Source: Klebsormidium nitens (lineage: Eukaryota; Plantae; Klebsormidiophyceae). Taken from it: DNA of 64,000 nucleotides. A model generated the notes under the pieces. It searched no databases, had not been told where the DNA came from, and saw nothing but the letters and a program-made list of their open reading frames with translations. Each line of letters starts with the position of its first letter. The stretch's first letter is position 1. The stretch covers positions 62,001 through 126,000 of the forward strand of contig DF237130.1 in NCBI GenBank assembly GCA_000708835.1. The letters are read 5' to 3'. Below are positions 22,213-32,540 of the stretch, in pieces. The position numbers were made by a program, and so were the translations under genes.

Positions 22213-23590
22213 TCACCCCCCCCTTTTCCGTTGCTCTTCGCACCATCGGCCGAAAATGGGGACGCCCAAATAACCTGACAACCCCCCGACTCTAGTTCCC
22301 CACGCCAGCGCAGGTTTGACCCGGCGCTCCTGAGCCTCCGACCCATCTCTCAGCAAAACAGCGCTCGACTGGCCCATCACAAGGCAGCCAGTGCCAGACG
22401 GCCGGGTCACCGGAAGACCAGCGGAATTGCACCGGAATGATACCGGAACGACACCCGTCACCGAGTCCTGGAAATCAAATCTCCGGAGGCTCTGAGTCCG
22501 GCGGAAAGCTTTCTCTCCGGGAGGAGTCGAGGCTGGACGCTCGCGCGCGAGCCACTTGTCGCTCGCGTCAGCATCGGAAAGGAGAATCGCCGTCAACCCG
22601 TCTCGTTCGCGGAGTTGCAGGAAAGTCGGATCGAGTTGGGTGAGAACGGGAGAATGTCGTTGCTTGGCGCAAAGACTCTGAACCTCGTCCTTACAGTTCT
22701 CCTTCTTCCAACCGGCCTCGAAAGCATTGAGGGCAAAGGAATAGCAGCGGGGATTTTCTTTCATAATCCAACCCCAATCCCAAAGGTTCCAATCAAGATA
22801 GTGCGGGTCAATGTCACTGGTCAGGACACACGATTGAGCCTCCCTTCTGAGACGTAGCAGAAGCTGATCAGAGGCTCAGTATCGAACGTTGTGGAGATAA
22901 TAGTTTCCAATTGGGGGCAGCACTGACCACTGCTTGGTGTGCGGCTCGAATACCAAAACGCGCTTTTCTTGAGAAGCTCGAGAGCTGACGTCCTCTCCAA
23001 CGCAGAATATGCGATCCTCCACAGCGAAGCAGAAGCGTGTCCTGAGTTTGCCTAGGGGTAAGGCTCGGTCCCCCTCTTCGAAGTACTCGGTTTTCCACTC
23101 TCCCGATTGGAAGCTGTGCATCCTGACATACCCAGTGTTTTGGGCCTTTATACCTTCCTGTGGGAATGCGCGCGGACAGTCTTCATCCAGAATGTAGATT
23201 GTCCTGTTCAGCAAACTAATGTGAATCCCCCGGTCTTCCCCCGGCTTCAAGGACTTCCCGTCAAAGCTGATATTGTTGCTGCTCGGCACGGGACAGATGT
23301 ACACGTTCTTATGTACCGCTCATCTAGGAGGCCAACTGCAGGGCGTAAGCTGAACCTCTTCACACCGCAAGGGGCGCGCACTAGCAGCGCAAACCTGGTG
23401 CTTTTTCCACTGCACATCAGGCGGCCATGGGGGCCGAACACACCGGCTTCGATGGCGGCTTTCCAGGGTTGTTCAGCAGACGCAGGTTGCTGAGCTGCTC
23501 GACAGAAACGTCCTTGCGACAAGCGAGCACGATCCGGTGCGTGATCTCGTGGGGAAGGGGAAGCAGTTCGTACTCCAAAGGATCCTCCAT
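22213..23590 (-). pseudogene. Disrupted F-box/kelch-like gene
   Basis: ATG at 23590 opens MEDPLEYELLPLPHEITHRIVLACRKDVSVEQLSNLRLLN (F-box-like). The expected continuation WKAAIEAG is in a second frame (shift near 23466). Kelch-like segments (AVHKNVYIC, FCFAVEDRIFCVGE, VLVFEPHTKQWSVLPP) are in the third frame, with an in-frame TGA at 22876-22878 after which the same frame stays open to 22213. Family assignment is by eye. Confidence 0.6.
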
Positions 23591-25393
23591 CCTCTCTATC
23601 TGTTCCTAAGTTCTGAAGTTCTTGTAGCGGCTGATCAGAAATTGCTTCAGAAGATTCGCTGTCTTCTGCAGACCCCGACAAGCAAAGTCCTTGGGCTCTG
23701 TTACCCCTCTGTTATCAGCCCAGACTTTGTGATCCCAATATTCCGTTAACAAAATTTTGGTTCAAAAGTAAAGAAGGCTTAGAATTCCTTGAAGTCTCTT
23801 AGTCTTTTGTGCACTGCATTCTTACGGACTGGTTTGCCTGGTTTGAAGCCTCAGTGGAAGCCTGAAAGCCTGGAAGAAGCTGAGAAGCCTGGTTTGCGAG
23901 TCCTGTAGACAAGAGAGATCGACCGGGGCGCGGAACCCGCCATGCAGTGGCCGCGCCCGGCCGGCCTGGAGGAGCGGGCGCGCGGCTGCAAATCTGCACT
24001 GCATGCAAACCCCGAAACCCCGGCGCGTTAGTCGAACTAACGCAAAACTAAACCCGGACCACGTTAACCGTTTCCGGGTTCGGCCGGCTTGCCGAGCCAG
24101 ACTCAGCCAGTGGAGCTGCAACATCGAGACCGTCCAAGATGGGAGGCGCCGGATCGAACGGAGTATAAGTATAGAAGTCAGGATACCGTACTTGTTGTCA
24201 GATTCAAAACTTGATAGCCGGCTGACAGACTCAGACTCCCGAGTCCTGTTCCGATACTCCCGAGCAGGGGTGCGCGTTTCAGATTCTGCTCTGTGAACCG
24301 CTCGCGGGCTGTACCTACCAACGTACGGTAGTTCGGGTATTTGCAACCACGCGTACCGATCGCACAGATGTTTTCCAATTCTCTGGGTTTACACTGTACA
24401 GCCTCTGCAAGCAGCAAAGCGGTAGGTGCGTCTACCATGGGTACCGGTAGACCGAAAATCACCTCAAGTGCCAGGGCCCAGCACATATAATATACCGCTT
24501 TTCAATATCGGCACCTTCGACGCAAAATAGTTAATTATGAAACGTTTGAAACTTTCGGAAGACCCAGCGCTACCTGCTAAAAAGAATCGTTATCGACCAT
24601 TATCGCCCTTGAATAATTATTTAAAACTTTCAGTAATAAATATTTTTCAGTAATTATTAAATTTTCGCCGAAATAAAAAAGCAGTACGGTACTGTATCAC
24701 GTGCCTCAGAAAACAATAACTCCGAGAAACTTTCAATACAAAAACTCAATTCTCCACTGACGTCAGAGCCTTTTCACTCTTTGATCTGTCTACAAAGTGT
24801 AATCACTTGTTTCCTGTCGATCCCTGCTGAGGGGAATAAGTTCCTGCTGACATCTGCATCATAATATGTCGGCACACTTGATTGGCCGAATCGGAAAAGA
24901 AACATGACGTTTGTACACCTGAACTACTGGCATAAAGATTCAATACCACTTCAAGGTTTATCATGTATGATGTAGGTAGTAGGTACCATGTTGTTTGTAG
25001 CCGGCGCAGGTAGACTCCAGCTGCCAGGTTTGAAGTTTCATCGCCATGAGCGAACGCGATTGAACGAAGCTTTCGTGCACTGAAAGTGGGCCGGGCATTC
25101 ACTGGAGACACTGAATGCAGTCACCGGGAGTGCCAAGTAGGTAGAAAGGCGCACTGCCTTTTATTAGGTTAGACTGTATTAAACCTTCAAGTTATCCTTC
25201 AGAGTGCGGTAGGTACCTAGATTAATGATCCTCTAGGCAAGGGACTGAATTACCTAGGTAATAGAAACTGCAGACCTCGGTCACTGCACAGCTGCATTTT
25301 GGCACGTCCTCTAAACAGAGCAGTGAGCTCATTCTGAAGTCAACTGGAAAAGGGACGGTACAATCCGGCTTGAGTGTCAAGCACGGTGCGGCG

Positions 25394-28300
25394 ATGGCTG
25401 TGTGGGGGCTCCCTTTGCTGGTGGTGCTTTTGCTGGCGACAACTGGTGTGAATGCCAGGTAAGCATTGCGCCGCTTATGACAATGCAGTCCGTCTGTCTA
25501 GTGCAGAGCTTCACCTTGGATAGCCTAGACATGGATAGAGCGCTGGAAACTTCGATTGCAGATTCTAGATTGACCAGCACATTCTGCAAAACATAATGCT
25601 GCCTCATTGCAAACGGACCAACAATGCCAAGCCAGAGTGATAACCCCAGCTTGCTAGAGTTTTGCTGGGTTCGCATCAAGATGGGTTTTGGCAAACACCC
25701 TAAAAGCGAAAGAAAGATATATTGAAAGAAAAATATAAGATAATGGGAAGCTCGGATCAAGCCTGTTATAGTCGAATGTCTGCACGCACAAATTGCCTCA
25801 GTGCGCCCTTTGGCCCGCAACAGGTATGCTGCCACCTAGGTCTGTTGGCAGTCCCATCTTATGTTGATTCTTTCAACGATCTCTTAAGCTTGTAGACTGA
25901 ATTCGACCGCTAGGCTTTCACTAAATGTGGTCTGACAAGACCCACCTCTAGCACTGCTGCCACCGTCAATCTAAGTAGGCAGAGTCACCGCCCTGCGCCC
26001 TAATCTGACGTCACTATTTCATGAAGCAGAGCCCTGACCGAGCGGCGCCAGGTGGCACAGAGTGGGGCGACTGCGGTCTTCATTGATGAGATTCACTGGG
26101 AGAACGCGATTCTTGACTTTGGTGAGGCATGCATAGGGAACCACGTGTGTCATGGAGGCACCCCAAAGTCTACCCTTGCAACAAGGTCTCTGTTGAGACA
26201 ACCCTTTCTTCCCCTGTCGAAGCAGGTCCTGTCAGGGTTCAGAAGTTAAGGCGAACACTGCTTCGTTCTATATGTTGACCTGGGAACAGTCTCAAAAGGT
26301 CTCGAAGGACTTTGCTGTCTTTCTGCAGTGGCAATGGTCCTTCTTTCCTAACCGTCATGTGGTGGATACAACTTTCTGAGATGGGTATAGACAGAGACAG
26401 TGCAAGGACGTTGAAAGTGGCAGAGGGCTAGTGAGCTCTAGCACAATGAAGAAGTGGCCAGTCCTCAGGATCAGGTGTTCAACTCAGGGACTGCCGACCA
26501 CTTATTTGTCTAACTAATCTTTCAAAATGTGCATGGCCTTTCTGAAGCACGTTTTGCACGTTGTTCACATTAAGCCAAAGGACCTCTGCCTGTCAGTTAA
26601 GCGGCCCTCTGCCTCTGTCTCTCAGGGGAGGCTGTTGAGGTCTTTGGGCCTCTGGGGCTGGACATTGCCGGGTACGTCCTGACGCGCTACGCGGGTTTCC
26701 TCAACGATGTGGGCCAGGCGTGTAACACCCCTGACTGCATTGCGGCTGGGTATGAGTTCACCTTCCCTCCAAACACCATCCTCACCGACCCAGACAATAC
26801 CGGGGTGAGACAGCAAAAAGGCCCCAGCGACCAAGTGCTCTTTCGTCTGCAGGATTTGTACTATGGGGCTGCGCGCAGCCGGTTTTCCCTGGCCGTACGG
26901 TCTTTTGATACTTGTTCAGCAGTTTTTGCCCCTCTTACATGTGCTTGTATCGCGTGATGCACCCGCAGTAAAGTTGTCTGTGATTGCAGTGCAATGTCAA
27001 GGCAGAGTTTGAGGACGATCCTCTTCGGCTTTTGATTTGACAGTTCTTCTTGTCTAAGACAAGCTGCTCACTTTCATTTTGATATTCCTCTGCTTATTCC
27101 CCTCGGCACTATGATTCTCGGTGGCACGAAGTTCTGCCTCAGGATATGTAGGCAGCATGGGTGTGCGTATCCTGATTTGGACGTTCAATGCCATGCCTGA
27201 TTGAACATTGCTGTGCTACTTGCTGAAAGAGCAACCACTTGCCTCAGTCACAAAGCAGAGCTCCGTCTACTCATCTGACCCACTTGTATTTGCAACACCC
27301 CATCAGCTGCCTGTAACCATGGGCAGACAACTTTGGGCAGTGCAACTGCGCACCTGCACAAGAATTCCGATAGCTCTTCTTCTGGCCCAGGTTCGTCCAG
27401 CTTCGCAGCCCCGATTTGGTGTCTCGACGAGCAGATTGGACATAATTCCTCACGATTTTCGCAAAGAAGCCTACATTCAAGAAAGTTTTTCTGATTGACC
27501 CTAAAACCAGCTAACCCTAAAACCCCAACTACCTGCAGTCTGGGGCTGGCACCGTGGTGGTTGTCTTCCCCCCGGAGGGCCTCCCAAACGTCGGTGCCCA
27601 GATTTCGCTTTCGGACACCACCGGACAGGTCCTGGACTACCTGACGTATGCCTCGCTGGGAAGCCTTGCGCGCACAACTCCCGCGTCCGTGGGTGCCGCC
27701 CTTGGGCTCACTCCGTGAGTCCTTCCGATACTGCACTCCGAACAGGCAACCCCTGAGTTAAGGTTTTCGTGTCAATAACTCAGTTTCTGCGATTTTCAGA
27801 ATGGGACATACTGCCTTTCAAATTCGAAGCCGGCATCAGAACAGAACCAGAACATGACGTTAGGAATATTTGCAGTATGATACGCTTCAAAGCTTCTGCA
27901 CGTCGCTGCATCAAGCTCGGCTGTGAAGAGTATCTGGACTTTTCAGGTTCGCGTCTCCTTTGACTCACAGTGCGCTGTCAACGACCATGTGTTTAACACG
28001 AGCATTTGTTTGCTCTCACAGAAAGCTTTGCCCTTAAACCACGATTGGTTGAAGGCATCGAACCAGAAATGAACCACGTTTCCATGGTAGAAGGGCACCT
28101 AATCAACCACGGACCAAGCTTGGTTAACACTAACTATTTCCTGCAACAATCCTAAGGTGGCCCACTCATAGCAGGCTTTTCCATTTCTGCTTCCATCATG
28201 TTATCTCCACAGCGGCTCAGAGGCTTCCCTGATAGATCATACATTGGTCAGCCGGTCAACTTTCGTTGGCGTGACCTGGCCGGGGTGACGTCAGCTTAGA

Positions 28301-31300
28301 GACTGGCCCTCCTGCCAGCGATGCCTTCAGCCTTATGAAGGCTCGTGACAGGGCCGGAGCAAACAGCAAAGCGCTTGCACGAAATTTTGATGCGTTTGTC
28401 TCCACGGTTGGCAAAAGTCGATGATCTCTTCGCTGAGGTTTTTACTTCACAAGAGCGTCGGAAGCAAGTCCACATCTGTCTGCCTCCAAGCTGACGTCAC
28501 ACTCCTCCCCGCAGTGACGTCGTCACCACCCAAGAGAGCGGCTCCGCCCCTGCGGGCCTGTCGGTGCAGCGCACCGGGGCCACCACGTGGCGGGATCCCC
28601 CTGGCAACAACACGTTCGGCAAGGTCTACCCGGATTACATCACCGCCGACCAAATACCCTTGTGCCGCGTTCTCGCGGACGGGAGCATCGCATACGCCGC
28701 TAACGGGAATTTCTCCTGCGGAGCATTCCAGAGCACCGTCTACGTTTCGCCGGTGACCCAGCCCCCCAAGTGGGCGGATGGGCCCCGGATCATCGGGCCT
28801 GGAAAGCTGCCCGATGCCGCGGCGACAGCAGCTCTCCTCGCAGACACCGGTGAGAGCCACTTCCTCCTTTACTGGGTTAAGCTTGTCAATTAGTGGGTTA
28901 AGCTTGTCATTGAGTGGGTAAGCTTGTCATAGAAACAATTGTTCGTGTCTGCAGGACAAGAAGACTTTATTTTTTCACCACATACGGGTGAGGGTGTGCA
29001 ACCTGCTGTACACTTGCGCTCAAATATTTCAACGAGGCCATGGGTCGAAGCGGGTCGGCGGCCTCGCATTGAAGGCGTGTGCCCCGCAGCATCTAGCTGG
29101 CTTCAAACCTCGTTGAAAGGATCTAAAACTTCTCGGAGCACACCAATCTCGATTAACTTTCACTCTGCAACAGACTTACTGACTCACACAAGTTTCTCCA
29201 CTAAAAGTGGCAAGTTGCTTGAGAGAAGCTCAGTGTACTCAACAAAAAGGCACGGTCGCGGCTCTACTTCGCACTTCCTCTTGCGAAGGTGCTCAAAGTG
29301 AACAGGTGCACATTTCACTCCGTCTGAGAATCAAGATACTGTCCTGGTCCCTTGCAGGATTTCAAGGAACCCCCGCGGCCACTCCTGCCCCGACCACCCC
29401 GGCCCCCACCACCCCCGCCCCGACGTTCCGCGTTCCGTGCCCGACTTCCCCGGTCGGCGGAATCTGCGACTTCCAGGGACCAACACCCAATCAGGTACGC
29501 CGGTTCGAGAGGACTCCATCCCTAGTTTCTTGATGGACCTAACCAACGGATTCATAACCTCAGAATCGAAAGCCAAGGACTGAAAGACAAATGCATAAAC
29601 GGGCTTCCGGTCCGAGGGCTCAACCACAAGAATGAAGACTAGCGGCTTGCGCTCCAAGACGCCTTGTGCGTTCAGAGCCGTCTGCTCCTTCTCTTTTTCT
29701 TAATGGGGATGCTCGGCTTGTCTTGTCCATCCGGGCTTGAGCGACTCAGCGGGGTGCTGTTGGGCTTCACGCCCTTTCGAAGTTTTGAAATGGGTTGTCC
29801 TGTTACAACAAAAAGATGAACGGCGAGGTTCAGAGATCAATTGCAGCGGACATCGAAACGTTTCGTCGTCTTTCCTTGCGGTGCACCTGCCATTCCGCCT
29901 CTGCCATTTATGGGTCTCACTCCATATCGCGCGTGCATCATAAGACTGAGGGTCGTGCTTCTGTGTCTTCAGAAAGACTTAAGGAGCCCATGACGAAGAT
30001 TTCTAAACCTTTCCACTTCACCTTTCTGAGCAAATCAAAATCGTCGGTGAGCCTGTCTACTCCGCCACACAAGAGTTACTCTCCCACTTCGCCTGGCCAA
30101 TGCTATATTCCAAAAGTCTTACAGCCCCTTGACCGCGACCCAGAAATTTAGTGCAGTTTTGCACGCAACTCAACCATTTCTCCCCTTCCAGTGCTTCAAC
30201 GCCGCCGGCAACCGCTTCATCTGCTGCGCGACCGTGTGCTCGAACACCCCGGGCGGGGACCCCGTTTGCGGCCCTGCCGAGCCCGGCTGCTTCGCCACGG
30301 CCACCCCGGCCCCGACCACCGGTACCCCCGGGCCGACAACTTCCGCCCCGGCTCCTACCACCGAGCCCATTTCTACCCCCGGGCCGACAACTTCTGCCCC
30401 GGTTTCTACAACTGAGCCCACTTCGACCCCGGCTCCTACCACTGGTGGGCCGACCTCTACCCCGGTTCCTACAACCGTGCCGACTTCTACGCCGGGCCCT
30501 ACGGCCACCCCGAGCAGTACCCCCGCGCCCACCACGCCGGGCCCCACCGCCACCCCCCAGATCCAGCCCGTGGGGGGTACATGCGACCCGTACGGGCCGA
30601 CCCCCAATCAGGTGCGGCTTGAATCTGGGAACAAGATTGAAGCTGTCGGGACGCGTCTGTTCTCGTGGGCCCTCGTAGGTGGCAAGGTAATTGCGTGTGG
30701 GGCTAGACGATGTGGGAACAGCTGGAGAGTAAGTTAAGATTGTGAAGTTACGAATACAATACTCCATGGCTACGCAAAAGCTACGCGTCTCCTGCGCGTT
30801 TCTCGCGCTTATAGTAGTCTAATCTTCCCCCTAAGGCAGATGGATTCTTCTCGTCTCGTGGTTACTTTCACCACTGCTCGTGCGCCACGAAGATTGAACC
30901 TTGCAGAATTAGCAAGCATCCTAATCTGCAAGTTTATATTGATCCTCCTGGCTCGGCCTGGACAGGTGCTTCTTTGGAAGTTGCCCACTTCTTGGTGAGC
31001 CTTTTCAAGTGTCTCTTCTTCGTAGAAGTATTCATTTTGACTGAACTTTATCGTCGGTTCCGGAAAACGGTGAGAATCTGCCTGTGCATGGCAAGACGCA
31101 ACATTCGCAATCTGCTGCTTCCGGGACTGGCCAGACGACGCTGTGCGCTCTTTTCAAAACCCGTTCAGAAAGTGACTCAATGAACACATTTGATACAATA
31201 CACCATTGAAGCTGACAACTCTTCGCCCTGTGTTGTGCAGTGCTTTGCTTCCAACGGACAGACTTACGTCTGCTGCCAGACCGCCTGCAGCCCGGAGGCT

Positions 31301-31327
31301 CCCGGCCAATTTCCCAAATGCGTTTAA
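25394..31327 (+). CDS. Secreted LTD-containing protein with T/P stalk and 2 Cys-rich modules, no nuclease domain (gene B, 496 aa)
   Basis: 8 frame-consistent GT-AG exons: 25394-25458, 26030-26121, 26626-26804, 27539-27714, 28515-28849, 29358-29494, 30192-30611, 31241-31327 (1491 nt). Signal peptide MAVWGLPLLVVLLLATTGVNA. LTD-like motifs VFIDEIHWEN..DFGEAVEVFGPLGLDIAGYVL, GLPNVGAQISLSDTTGQVLDYLTY and QESGSAPAGLSVQRTG...NNTFG. The C-terminal three exons are homologous to those of gene A. Confidence 0.85.
28873..28932. repeat. 3 x 21-bp minisatellite in intron of gene B
   Basis: TGGGT(T)AAGCTTGTCA unit starts at 28873, 28894 and 28915. Confidence 0.9.
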
Positions 31328-32540
31328 GAGCCCTCCAGCTAGTTTTACGTGGCCGAGATCGTCGCTCTAAATATGCGTCACACAATTAAGAGCTTAATCT
31401 AGGGCTGCGCTCCTAACTTTCGGGTCTGCTTTAGCTCAGACGCTCGCACATTGATGAAATAGGCTATCCTTCTGCGAGGGAAGAGTCGTTGCAAGCAGCT
31501 TTTTGATGGAGAGGGTCTAGCTTCGTGTTGTATCGGTCCAGCACCTCTTTGGGGGTGCTTCGGTATTGAGCCAGTCGAGAGTTGAGATGAGCTTAGTCCA
31601 GGACATTGCAGTACTTGTCAAAGAATTGTTACATCAGGATAAAGCAAGCGAACACACTCTTCAGACGCAGTGCCGACCTGATTGATGCTTTCGATCAATG
31701 ATTTCAATAAACAGGTTCGGTTGCGCACAGCGAGAGTCGAAGTTTTGACATTTCAGAGTAGATTCACGAAATAAGAAGACATCTGATGTTGAGGTTAGCT
31801 GAGGAGAACAACAACAGGCGAGAGATCCGCGCGAACTTTTCAAACACTTTAAAACACTTCTGAACTCGATCTTTCGATGGATTATCAATGTTCAGCTTTG
31901 ATCCATGCGCACTGAATCGCGGCCCTGGTAGGCATTTGTATTCAAGTTTTAACCCTCATTGCATGCTGTCGCACATGCTGCCTACAGCACCATTCCGTGG
32001 TCGGCCCGCCGCGCCCGACCCATGTCATTGCCTAGTAGTATATCCGACGCGAGAACAAGGACGGTTGCAGGGGCGCTGTGCTGCGCCTGCAATACGTCAT
32101 TCAACGTCCGATGAGTCCAGGCTCGTTGTTCAATATACTCACTTAAAATTAGGTATACTAATTCCGACGGCACCACTCATTTGCATTAAGTAAAATCGAC
32201 ACGGATATCGAGTGATTCAAGTTGCGCCAGCGCTTAAGCTAGCCTAGATCGACAAGCGTGTCACTCGGAAGCAGCGCCAGCGGAAACACACAGGTTTGAT
32301 TACGGCCGCCGGCCATGCATGGCTGCGTAAACGTCATGTGCGGCGCCGGGCCTGCGTGTGCATGGGCGTTGGCATTCTCTGATGTACTCGATGCTCAACA
32401 TCACTGGAATACTCACTAATTAATCCGGAATGATCATAGTGGGAATCTGCATGCGTCAGTGTACGTCCATACCAAACACATTGACGGTTCCGGACCTGGT
32501 CCCCTATTATGTTTGACAGACCACAAATTTGACGACAATG

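Noticed and set aside
22876-22878. In-frame TGA as selenocysteine or programmed readthrough
   Set aside because: The same gene also has frameshifts and another stop, so decay is the simpler explanation. No redox motif context.
24178-24486. 102-aa minus-strand ORF as the F-box exon of the pseudogene
   Set aside because: A better F-box-like sequence starts at 23590, and this ORF has no convincing motif or splice link.
27498-27525. ACCCTAAAACC x2 as an interstitial telomeric array
   Set aside because: Only two separated units in an intron, one probably serving as the branch point (CTAAC). Too short to call.
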